Below the pieces are notes generated by a model that saw only the letters and a program-made list of their open reading frames with translations, ran no database searches and was not told where the DNA came from. This document shows, piece after piece, positions 27,913 to 40,388 of a stretch of 64,000 bases of DNA. Location of the stretch: assembly GCF_009914755.1 (NCBI RefSeq), contig NC_060935.1; one strand, written 5' to 3'. Position 1 is the first letter of the stretch. Every line of letters begins with the position of its first letter. Origin of the DNA: the human T2T-CHM13v2.0 reference genome, Homo sapiens. A program made the translations under genes and the position numbers.

Positions 27913-28285
27913 CGTCAGGCCTCTGAGCCCAAGCTAAGCCATCGTATCCCCTGTGACCTGCACGTACACATCCAGATGGCAGGTTCCTGCCTTAACTGAT
28001 GACATTCCACCACAAAAGAAGTGAAAATGGCCTGTTCCTGCCTTAACTGATGACATTATCTTGTGAAATTCCTTCTCCTGGCTCATCCTGGCTCAAAAGC
28101 TCCCCTACTGAACACCTTGTGACCCCCCCACTCCTGCCCACCAGAGAACAACCCCCCTTTGACTGTAATTTTCCTTTACCTACCCAATTCTTATAAAACG
28201 GCCCCACCCCTGTCTCCCTTCGCTGACTCTCTTTTCAGATTCAGCCCACCTGCACCCAGGTGAAATAAACAGCCATGTTGCTCAC
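27913..28285 (+). promoter_or_regulatory. 3' LTR7: U3-R only (TATA 28192-28198, GC/GT box, AATAAA 28264-28269)
   Basis: (C)GTCAGGCCTCTGAGCCCAAGCTAAGCC start; two CCTGCCTTAACTGATGACATT repeats; TATAAAACGGCCCCACCCC; ends at GTTGCTCAC followed by an A-run. Confidence 0.93.
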
Positions 28286-29019
28286 AAAAAAAAAAAAAAA
28301 AGAAGAAGAAGAACTTTTCTTCTTTCCCTTCTGTGTTACTGATTCATACACCTGAGTGTGTAAAGTTACACTCATAGAATATAAGCATATTCTTTATGGT
28401 CAGTTTATGATACTACAGGGCCTGCCATGAATACTTATCCGTAAAATGGAATGGTGCTGATTCTTGAACAGGACTATTAAATGGATTCAATAAGTTAATA
28501 TTTGTAAAATTCATTTCAGTATCTTTGCAATTTGTGATATTTATTCACTATTTTCCAGAGGGCCTTAGCGTCTTTATGCATGAAATAGTGGAGTTTGCAA
28601 TGGGAATCATGGCTGCACTGGTTACCAGATGTGCAATCCTGGAAAAACCATTCCCTTTTCTAAACGTTTGTTGCTCTCTTTAAAATGTTTGTGATAGTAA
28701 CATCTAACTCTCCAGGCTTAAGGAACGAAGGAGACAGTTTGCGTCAAAGTGCTTCAGTGAGGCAAAAAGGTCATAAAATAGTAAATGTTATAATTTATCT
28801 ACATATCATAGAAAAATATTATGATGTAATTCACACTAAGGAACATAAATAACTGAGAAAGCTTAAGAAAGTTTCCATTGGTACATGCATTTAGTAGTAA
28901 TCAAAACCCATTTTTGTTCTATTGCACACTAGGTTGAAGGGATGTTAATATTGTTAACATATTATTTGACAAGAAACTCTAAAGTTAAATATATCTGGAC
29001 TACAAATTCTGATAAAATA

Positions 29020-29540
29020 CTCATCTTTTGCTCCCAATTATGCTTATTCTGAAGATACAAGAATGAACAAAAATGACATGGGTCTTATAGAGCTTGCATC
29101 TTACAGAGCTTGCATGCTCATGTAAGAGACAAAAGATTAGAAAGCCAACAAACAAAAATAATTGTAGCTTGTGATAAGAGCTCATAAATAAAGTGCTTTG
29201 GCAGCAAATAACCAAGGACAGTGGGCTACTTCAGATGAGGTGGTAGGAAAGAGGTCTCTGAGATGTCAGATGAACCGAGGCCCAAAGACTGTAAAGGAAG
29301 TGGTCATATGTGGAACCAAGTGAAATTTATTTGAGATGGATGGAAAAGCAACTATAAGCGAAAGCAACCTGAGGGAGAAAACGCCTGGGTCTTCTGGCGG
29401 CATGAGAAGATCAATGTGGCTGAAGCATGGTGAGCCAATGGGGAGAGGAAAAGAGCTTAGGTGTAAGGGCTGCTTAAGGCCAAATGTATATTCTAGGCTT
29501 AGAAAATCTTGGTAAGGCATTTGAAGTTTATTAAACAATC
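29020..29540 (-). mobile_element. L2 fragment
   Basis: ATGAACAAAATGACATGGGTCTTATAGAGCTTGCATC...GAAGATCAATGTGGCTGAAGCATGGTGAG antisense L2 3' motifs; approximate. Confidence 0.65.
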
Positions 29541-29544
29541 CAAT

Positions 29545-30100
29545 GGAAACAACTATATGGATAAATCTTAAAAATATTGTGGCAAAAATAAAAAAACCTT
29601 AAATACATAAAACATAAACACTACTATAAAAATCCTAGAACAGGCAAAACTGATGGAAAAAATATCACATCAGCAGTCACCTCTGATGGAGTAGGGATGG
29701 AATATTTGTGAAGAGACAAAAATGACTCTTTAGAGTGATGTTCTGTTTCTTGACAGATGATTGGGTTATATAGACCTATGCAAGTCTAACTCATTGAATA
29801 CACACTTAAAAGTTGTTCATTTCCTTATATGTAAAATGCACCTCAAAGGAAGAAAAAAAAATCCTAAGCAAATGTTGAATTGCATGCATGATATTTGGGG
29901 ATATATGTATGTATGCCTGCAACTTACTTAAAATATAAAAGAACAAAGAAGGCCATGGAATGATGGGTAGCTGAAAGTTTGGGAAGACATATAATAAAGC
30001 AACTATGATAAAATGTTATTGGTGTAATCTAGATGGTGGTTATATGGGGATTCTTTATAAAATTATTTCAACTTTTCTGAATGTTTAACATTTTTCATTA
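29545..30100 (+). mobile_element. Old L1 (L1MC/ME) 3' end
   Basis: TATGGATAAATCTTAAAAATATTGTG...AACAGGCAAAACT...ATCTAGATGGTGGTTATATGGG; approximate. Confidence 0.6.
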
Positions 30101-33100
30101 GAGGAGAAAGAGACATACAGAATACAGTGGAAAACCATTGAAAGTAAAAATTTCTAGACTGAAGGACTTCTAGAGCTCTTCAAAAATGAACATGAAGTTT
30201 GAGTCTTTCTTGGGGGATAGAGATGCAGTCATCCAATTGCTAAGTATTTATCTGAGTAGCAACCATAGTTTCTGTTACTGAGAAGCTTTAAATTTGTTGA
30301 AGAACTATTTATAAGAGAGATAAGCATGCTTATGAAGACTTATAGCACACTATTATAAAGCACTATTTATTATGGCATACAACTTTATAATGTTATAGAC
30401 CTTATTATAGCGCTGGAAATACAACATTTGGATACAGGCATAGTGCTCCAATCACTGTAATGTAGTAAGTAGCCACCAGCCCTTAACACAGAGGTGGTGA
30501 TTTTCTCTGCTCATGCTCATGTGTCAGACATCCCTGTTGGGGTTATTTCCTTGTTTCTCCAAAGTTGAAATAAACTAGTATCTTTGAAAAATGAATTCCC
30601 AAAGGTTGTAAACAAGTCCAATAAAGGTTATTCAGATGAAGACAGACGTAGGTGAAGTGAAAAGCAATCCGTCTTTGAAAGAGGAACAGATGAAGGTTAA
30701 TGTAAATGTTAATGGCAGAGCTGCTGGTGAAGGTTATCTGACAGCTTACAGATGAAAAGCCAGAGCGAGAGCCTGAGAATCTGAAATTACACCTTGCATT
30801 ACATGTCAGAGAATTTCAAAATTATGATTATAGGAATTAGAGATAGTTGGGGAAACCCAAATCCTTGAAATTTCTACCCAGAATATTCTACCTTATAAAG
30901 ACGGTATATGAAACATTTGGTATTAATATGAGGGCAGCTGGTGAAAATGTGGTTAGTCAATTCTACCTAATGTGAGATAGATATACATTTTTCAGAGAAA
31001 TTTTTTAATATATATTAAACTTTTAGGACCTAAAAATTGAAACCTCAATCACCTCATCTAAAAATTTAGGTTAGTATCATTCTACCTCCCAAAGTTGATT
31101 TGAGTATCAAGTTGATGAACACATATTAGTATATTTAAAATGCAAGATATAATTTTTATAAGATGCATTAATTTCTGCCTCTTTTTACATCTTTTCACAT
31201 TTGCCTACTTTTCACATGTTGATTAGGGAAGTAAAAGATTAATTCCTTTTCACATTCAATAAGAACTATTAACTATATTCTAGTTCAATCTATAATTGTC
31301 ATTGTGGGTGAAAGTCACTTTGAACTGTATTTCCATCCTGCACCCAGAAGTTACTTTACCTATCTTCTAAGCTCTTTATTCCTCACCCCAGCCCCTACCC
31401 CACTGGTTAGCATGAGTACCAAACAGGATAAAGGAAGCACTGCCATTTTGACTTGCAGGTCTGAAAATGCAGTAACCTATACATACCATGAAATGGTTAT
31501 GGGAGGGAGATAAGGGATTTAAGAATTGCTCCAGGTTCTTCAGAGAGAACTGAGCCTCTGTTGTCTTTACTCAAGAGTTGATCTCTAGTTAGAGAATGGC
31601 ATTCATTCATACTTTCATTCATTCAGTTATTCATTCCTTCAACAACTTTTGGAAGGTACTTTCTGTGTGACAAACACATCACAAACAACTGTAATATAGG
31701 CTGCAGATACGAAAACATATTTGCTGCCATGATGTAGAAAAAATCACTGCAAACATTTTAAAAGTTTGGAAAATATAGCTCAGATTGAATTTTTGCCCTA
31801 AGATAAAAAAAATCATTGGGAGATAAAAGCAATATATGAACATGGAGTTAATAGATTTTTTCCCTTTTAACATAGATAACAGTACATAGTGATTCATTTG
31901 TCCTCTGTCATTTGGTCTTGAGGAACACTAATGCCCTAATATGTGTAATGTTCAGTAACAAATGCTAAATAAAAATACAGGAATAAAAATCCATTAAGCA
32001 TGTATTTAATACTGTGTAACACTTACTGTATCAGGTCCTGGGAATGCAGAGATGAAGACCTTTGGCATCAACGAAATCATGATTTTATAAAGGAGCAAGG
32101 AATGAACTATTTTTAATACAGATTTTCAGGGATTGTAGAGATTTGTGCTAGTTACAATGTTGGGCAAAAGTAGACAAATAATGTTGGGATGTGATGGTCA
32201 GGAAAGGCTTCGCTTAGAAAACAATAGTCTAACTAGATCATGAAGGATGATGACAATGATAATAGTAGCATCAAAAATTTGCTATTTGCCAGGGACAATT
32301 CTAAATGCTTTATCATAAATGACTTAATCTTCATATAAACCTGCAAGGTAGGTACTATTTATAATTCTACTTTATAGAGAAGGAAACCAAGGCAAAGGGA
32401 GGTTAAGTAGGTTTACTAAAGTTTTACAGTAGGTGCTGGACCCAGCATAAAAACACAGGTACAGAGAAAAAAAACATTGCTCTGGATGTTACTATACAGA
32501 CGTGAATAAAGTTGGCCAAGAGCAGAAAGGTTTGTTAAACTATTGTAGTAACTTAGGCATTATAAAATACAGCTTGGGCCAGAAGGAGAAAGCAACAATG
32601 TGACGTTTATTGTACCATGTAGATGTATTTTCATTTGTTTTCCTGGACATCTAGTGATCCCGTTTAATCAAAAAGCAAATATTTTTCTGACATAAAAAAT
32701 ATCTTAAAGAAACCTATTAAAAATCCCATCTCCCATTTCTTTTCATCTTAATTTTTCTGGTTGTGGTGTTCTGAAACTCCTAATATTTGATGTAACTGTC
32801 TTCTAATTTTCATACATATTCCTTTTAATTTGTGTTCCCTTTATTTTGTGTTCTACTTTCAGAGATTTGTTTTCCAAATTTATATTTGAACTTTTATTGA
32901 ATTTTGACCTTAGAAATTATAATATAGTTGTGTTTATATCTACAGCCATAAAGATGTATGCTATTATATGAAACAAAAATCATCATGATTTATATAAATA
33001 TAAAAGGCCCACATATAGTTATTAAGAGTTCTTTGTTTCCTAAATGTAACTTTTTATTGCATCCTATTGTGTAATAGACTCAGTATCTTCTCTTAGTCCT

Positions 33101-36100
33101 CTGAGGCTGTCAATAAACATTTTTACCTTTTAAATATTTTTCATAATTTTAATTTATTTGGAAGTATTTTTGCTTTCTGTTTGTTCTTGATTCTTTAGTT
33201 GCTTGTGACTTTTGGTTATCTGTTTAAGAGTTGGAAATTAAAAGGTATTTGGAAGTTTTGAGCCAATGTGTGTGACTTGTAGGTTATAACTTGTAAAGTT
33301 ATTTACCTATTTTTCTTATTTTATGACTTTCCTTATGGATTAGCCAGCTTCCCCTGAGAGGGAATTTCCAAATTTTTTCTTGAAGCATACCTGGAAGTTA
33401 CTTGAGAGAAGAGGGCTGCATGTCTCAAAATTTTTTGGGTAAACACACCCTTAACCTCTCTGTTTTCAGTATGGTACCCCTCCAATAGCTAAGGCTGTTG
33501 ACTTCTGTCCAAAAAGCCCTGCTTTTTTTCTCTTTAGTCTTTTGGTAGTCATAAGACAGAGTGGGGGAAGTTACATCAGGATATAACTGCTTCTCATATT
33601 GATTGTCAAGAAGTCCTTTTTTTTTTTTTTAACCATTTTCCATTCCCAAAAAGTACCTAATAGCAAATTCCTATACTGTTTGTTGTTGTTGGAAAGGGTT
33701 TAATATGCATTATATATTCAATTGCTTTTTAGCTTTTCTCACCACCAGTTTAGTATTCCCTTTCCTAGGCCTGTTGCCTGTCAATTTCTCAGCTCCCAGC
33801 ACTTACTGCTTTTATCTCCTCTCTTTATCTTATTTCCTCTGTGGGTTTGTGCAATTTAACACATCTTTCATTTTCACTTTAGGAATAAAGGTAAAAGTGC
33901 TTTTACTCTACCATCTCTACCCAGAGTTCATTAAAATTAGGTTAAAGTTAAGCTCAGCAAATGTAAGTAGTTGTTTTATATTCTCAAGGCTAATAATTGT
34001 CAGTCAGGATTCTTATCCAGTTTAGGATGACTCCAAATTTGTGGCTTTTCCTGCTCAAAGTTGCTGCCTCAGTTTTCACCCTTGTTTACAGTGGACCAAA
34101 TGCAAAACTACTGTTCTCTTGCCGGGAATGCTTAGTGGCTTATCACGGTCCCTCATGTCCTGCACACATCCTATTGACTCTGTCTTCTCACCCTTACAAG
34201 CAGACAAGTCTGCAAATCTCCACTTTCCAATTAGTCAAGTTAATGAAGCTCTTTAAAGAAATCCATAAAGCCTGCCTCCATGGCCCTGACATTTAGTAAC
34301 TTCTGGATAATGCTCTCTAGGCCCTTCTCCATTAAAATATTGTATTGTGAGCCCTGAAGTGCTGACTCTGAGAGTTCCTTAGAATAAAATGAAGAGGGCT
34401 TCTCTTTGAGCCTTCCAAAACCCCAGGATAAACACAGAAATGGCACTTTTAATACTCAAGCTAACAGAAAGGCCACCTTAATGCAGTTGCCTCCTTTCAG
34501 GAAATCTATGACATTTTTAGTGAGGTGGATTGCCTGGTGGCAGGAACAAAGAGGAAAGAGAATGAGTCTGGAACTGTGCGTTTTGATAGACAATACAGGC
34601 CTGCACTCAAAAGATGCTTCAATATAGTAAAAAGCACATGGGGTAGGAGCTGAACTCCTCAAACCCCAGGGCAATAAAACCTCTTGGTACCTCAGTTTTC
34701 TCTCCTGTGTAACAAGGATAATAATGTCTTGCTCTTAATTCAGTCTTGTGCTAATATCCATACATGAGCTAGGGTGGGAACATGCTATCCTTATAGAAGA
34801 ATTAAAAATTGACACAGCGATGTTCAACCCAGATAGTATTTGATAGGTAAGATGAACCTCAGGTTTCTAATACTTTCTTCACAATTTGTTCCCTCAGCCC
34901 TTAGCCCTTTCTATGATATACCCTGCCCAAAATGTACAGCTTGCAGAAAATGTGCTTTGATTTTTTCTTATTGATTACTCATTTTGCTTACTTAATACAC
35001 TTATCTATCTGGCTTGTATTATATTCATCTAAAGCTAATTAAATGGTGTATTAAGCATAAACTATGTTCAGCTATCTTCTGACTACATGTATGATTTGCT
35101 TTTCTTTACTTTATCAGAAGAAATGGCAAGTCAGTGGCTATGTCACCTCCTGCCATTTAATACCTATGCTGATGCTACATATTTCCATTCATTTCTTCAT
35201 GTTAATATTTCCTGATCCCTTCTAATGTTCTAGACACTGGATTAGGTGCAAGGGGAAGAAGGAAAACATGATGCTAAATTGATATATTATTGAGAGGGAG
35301 AGTCTCAAATTACTTCTGTATTCTGTGACCTGTGGACATATGTACCACAGTGGGATTAGAAATAAAATATATCTCTGACCTCAAGGAACATTTTCCCTAT
35401 AGAGCAGAAGCAGAGGCACATGTTATCATTTGCAACATAATGTGATTTGTTGAAAGTTGGAGGTAGTCTTAGGAGACCCGTGAACACAGGGGAGGAGCTT
35501 CTGCATGTTAGTTTCCAGCAGTAAGTCGCCTTGAGCAAATGATAGCAGCACAGGGTGGAGACATTTAGTCAATGTTCCTGGCTGAGTATGGCTGCTATCA
35601 CCCCTTGTACCTTCATTGATGCTGGCATTTAAACTAATTCCTTCTGCACTTACAAGTTGCTGAATCACTATCTATGGCCTTCAGAAATCTACTCTAGAAA
35701 GTTAATTCCTTTACCTCTTCTTTGCTACTAGCACAGTGGAGCTAAGATGCATCTGGTTTGAAGTATATAGTATTAATCTTCCTTTGAATACACAATTGTA
35801 TTGTCTATTATGTGCTAGGCATTTTTCTAAGTTTTTTTTTTAGTGGTGAACAAGACAGACAAGCTTCATAGTCCTCACTGAATTTATATTTTAACTGGAA
35901 GTGGTATGCAAAGGGGGAAAAATTTTTAATAGAAAAATTTTTTAAAACATAAGATATTGAAAAGTATACTCAGATAACTTTTAAAATGGTGGTATGATCA
36001 AAAGTGAATGGGGCTAGTTTTGACTGGGTGGTCAGCAAAGCTGCACTCATCAAGAGAGTGGTTTATGCGATGTTACAGTAACAAAATTCCAGCCACATAA

Positions 36101-36649
36101 CACTAAAGGTCTATGTGTACCTCACAGGACCTATCTCCTCAAGAATCAGGGATGCAGGCAGTCTGAGTGTCCTTCATTTTTTATGTCCAATGTCTGGAAC
36201 AAAAGCAGCCTCATGGTTTGTCATGTCAGGGGAAGAAAGGGACCAACTGCAAACAGGCAACTACATCGCTTCAGCCTCGAGGTAATACAGATCATTCCCA
36301 CTCACATTTTTTGGTCAGAAGTTGTCATTTGCCCTGGTTAACTTGTAGGGCCTGGAAAAGGTGGGGAATAAACTGGAATAATGAAGCACATTTCTGTCCC
36401 TGCTATGGGAGTCCTTTCGTGGTGATGGGATGTAAATTGAGCTCTGAATAACGAGAAGGAATCAGTCAAGTGATAATGAAGGTAAACGGTATCCCAGACA
36501 TAGAATATAGCTTTTGAAGAAGTCTAAGGCTGAGAAAGACCTTGACGTGTTCAGGAAAGAGAAGAGGCCAGTGTTGAGGAAGTACGAATGGATGATTTGG
36601 AAGAGGAAGAGATAGAACTACAGAGGTCGGTAGAAATAAGGTCTCTTAG

Positions 36650-37980
36650 TTTTGTTTTTAATAAGCATTCTATTTTAGTTTACAGACAATTTGTGAAGAT
36701 AGGATACAGAGTTTTCATAACCCACACTTAGTTTTCTAGTACTATCTTACATTAACATGGTATACTTGTCACAGTTAATGAGCCACTATTGATACATTAT
36801 TATTAACTGCAGTCCATGTTTTATTCAGATTTTCTTAGTTTTCACCAAGCGTCTTTTTTTTTTTTTGCATGTTTCAGAATCACTTCCAGGATATCATATT
36901 AAATTTAGAGATAAGGCCTCCTTAGGCTTCTTTTGGCTATGACAGTTTCTCAGACTTTCCTTGTTTTTGATGATTTTGACAGTTTTGAGAAGTACTAGTC
37001 AGGCATTTTGTAGAATATCCTCAACTGGGATTTGTCTGATATATTTCTCATAATTACATTGGGCTTATGGGTTTTAGGAAGGAAGATCACAGAGGTAAAG
37101 TGCCATTCTTATCAAGGGTATATGTTATCAACATGACTTATGATGTTAATATCGATCACTTGTCTGGGTAGTGTTTTTCAGGATTCTCCACTGTAAAATT
37201 CTTCTTTTTCCTCTCTTCCACACTGCACTCTTTGGAAGGACATCACTATGCACAAAGATCGCTCGGGGAATGGGAGATTATGCTCCACCTCCTTGAGGAT
37301 GGTGTATCTATATAAATTACTTGACATTCTTCTGCGAGGAAGATTTGTCTGTTCTCCCTCATGTCTTTATTCAATTACTTATTTATACTAATATTATCTT
37401 ATGATGTTTTATTTTGTACTTTGGGTTATAATTCAGTAATGGTTTTTCCTTTCATATTTTTCTAGGTTTGGCCATTAGGAGCTCTTTCATTTGGATCCTG
37501 TGTCCCTTTTATATACTCTCTCATTGTGATTTTTGAGAACCTCCTAATTTTCTGGTACTACAAGATGTTCCAGGGTCATCTTTAAAATTTCCTGTCCCAA
37601 TTCAAGAATGAGCCATTTCTCTAAGCAGTCTTGGTTTGTTTTATTGGAGAATAGTATTAGAAACCATGTTCTAAATGCTAGGTATGCTCATTGCTACTAG
37701 AATGTGGTTGCTTCTAGGCCCTCTCATCTCATAGAGCAAAAGAATATATGTGTGTAAACTACCTATGCAGTATGTATACACACTTCTATAAATGTTTCTA
37801 TATGTTTTCATCCATGTCTATTTTAAACTAAATATGAGTTCATACTGATCCATACATTTATGAGGCTTTCCATCCTTCTCCCCTTATTTGTAACCCCCAT
37901 TCCAAAAGTGTGATCTCTGAGTTTCAGCATCTATCACCCATTTACTTAATTATTCAATTCTAGTACAATATAGTGCTTTT
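36650..37980 (-). mobile_element. L1MC-family 3' end, interrupting an L2
   Basis: TTTTAGTTTACAGAC...AATGAGCCACTATTGATACATTATTATTAACT...GACAGTTTCTCAGACTTTCCTTGTTTTTGATG; approximate. Confidence 0.75.
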
Positions 37981-38501
37981 AGAAAGTGGTTCAGGAAGGA
38001 GGGAGTGTCCTCTAGGTCAACTAAGGTAACGCTAGAGGACACATTTGAATTGACAACATGGCAGGAGAAATCTCAGTGAAGTGTTGAGAATGGAATCTAA
38101 ACTGGAGTGGATTGAGAATAAAATTGGAGTTGAGAAGTGAGAGATACTGAATATAGCAAACTATTTCAAAGAGATTTACTATGAAAGATGGAGCAATAAA
38201 TGGAGGGGAATATGGATAAATGTGGAGGACTCTGGAAGAGTATAAGGTGCTTTCTTGGCATCTTAATGAATGTAGAAATTCCTCCTACAATATCTCTTAG
38301 AGATATTCATCTGAAGGATCAGTTATCCTCAGTAACAAAAAGCTAACTCCCCCTAAGACAGAACATTCCCTGGTGTTGTAACTCTTGTTAGTTGAAAATT
38401 TGTTTGAAATACTAAACTAACATGTACCACTGTACTAGTTTCACCTATTGGCTCTTATTTTGGTTTCTCAAGCAACCTAAAATGGTCTTTTGCCCAAGAC
38501 C

Positions 38502-38779
38502 TTTTTCTTCTTTTTTTTTTATACTTTAAGTTCTGGGGTACCTGTGCAGAACGTGCAGTTTTCTTACATAGGTATACACGTACCATGGTGGTTTGCTGCA
38601 CCCATTAACCCGTCACCTATATCAGGTATTTCCCCTAATGTTATCCCTCCCCTAGCCCTCCACCCACCTACCGGCCCGGTATGTGATGTTCCCCTCTCTA
38701 TGTCCATGTCTTCTCATTGTTCAACTCCCACTTATGAGTGAGAACATGCAGTGTTTGGTTTTCTGTTCTTGTGATAGTT
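38502..38779 (-). mobile_element. L1PA (L1PA7/8-like) 3' end, ~280 bp
   Basis: T-tail, ATACTTTAAGTTCTGGGGTAC...GGTGGTTTGCTGCACCC...CCCACTTATGAGTGAGAACATGCAGTGTTTGG. Confidence 0.92.
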
Positions 38780-38795
38780 AAAGCACATGAGATTT

Positions 38796-39153
<358 letters not shown>

Positions 39154-40006
39154 TTAGGGATATAAAGGATATTTCTTCTCATTATCAATTTTGTATTACA
39201 TACTAATTTCTTTCTGTTGCATCACTCTTCATAAGTCTGACCCTAAGAAAAGGGGGATGACCATAAAATTATTCTGGACCAATAAACAAAGTTGAAATGC
39301 ATGGCATCAGAATTTTAAAACACAAGCTATGAAGCCTTACTCTTTGCGATGCCCAGGCTGCCATACTAGATGAGGAAGACTCACATTTACTGGGTGTACA
39401 CTGATCTAGTTTCTCATATCCAGATCATATTTGATACTCATCTCAGCCCTATTGAGCAATGAGTGTTATACCTATCTTTCAAATAAGTAAATTGAGGCTC
39501 AAAAACATTTAATACATTCCAAAAACTTACTCAGCTCATCAGTCACAAAACTTGGATTTACACCTCTGACAAACCTTTAAGCTTATATTCTTTTTATCAT
39601 ATCATGCTTTTGTCTTTTCTATTAAAATATACTCAGAAAAATTTATCTCCTTATTATCCACTTAAATATTCTCATCCCCAAAGCCTCAGTCTATGTTAGC
39701 TATAGTCTATATTTTTGACTACCTCAAAATAAATGATGACACATGCCTTTCATGTTCAATTGGAAATTCTACATATGATGGAAAATATATATGATTGAAC
39801 AAGTTTGCAGATACATAGGTGCATCTGCAAGTACTTTGTAATATTTGTGCTTGCTTCCATCTCAATGATCTGCATTTAATCTATGCTCCAATGGGTTGTT
39901 TCACTTACACTCTGATTTTTTGAATTTTCTGCATCATTATTTCAAAAGCTTCCATTACATACAGAATAAAGTCCAATTCCAATTACTATGTTATATATAA
40001 CATATA

Positions 40007-40388
40007 TAACATATTGTTTCCAACTAATCATTCCAAAGCCATCCCCAGCTGCTGACACCAAACTTACTCTCATGGCAAATATAACAATCTACACCTAGCA
40101 CCTTATCATTCCTCGTGTCCCATGTGGTTCCCATAAACAACCTTCTCTGTCTTGCTCATATAAGAACTGTACTTCTCCTTTTTCCACCTGTTTTAGGTAA
40201 CACATTGTTTCCAACTAATCATTCCAAAGCCATCCCCAGCTGCTTACACCAAACTTACTCTCATGGCAAGCTGTACAATCTACACATATCACCTTATCAT
40301 TCCTGGTGTCCTATGTGGTTCCCATCAACAACTTTCTCTCTCTTGCTCATGTAAGAACTGTACTTCTCCTTTTTCCACCTGTTTTAAG
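40007..40388. repeat. Tandem duplication, 2 x 191 bp, ~92% identical
   Basis: Copy 1 40007-40197, copy 2 40198-40388; about 16 mismatches by manual alignment. Confidence 0.95.

Larger units (their letters stand above)
23209..28309 (+). mobile_element. HERV-H element with processed-retrocopy structure (R-U5-gag-pro-pol-U3-R-polyA)
   Basis: His-tRNA PBS, LTR7 sequences and decayed gag/pro/pol; 5' end starts in R; 3' end stops 16 nt after AATAAA and is followed by A16; TSD AGAACTTT(G/T)CTT. Confidence 0.95.

Noticed and set aside
40007-40388. CRISPR-like or LTR-pair interpretation of the direct repeat
   Set aside because: Two abutting 191-bp copies with no spacers, no TG..CA ends and no internal region
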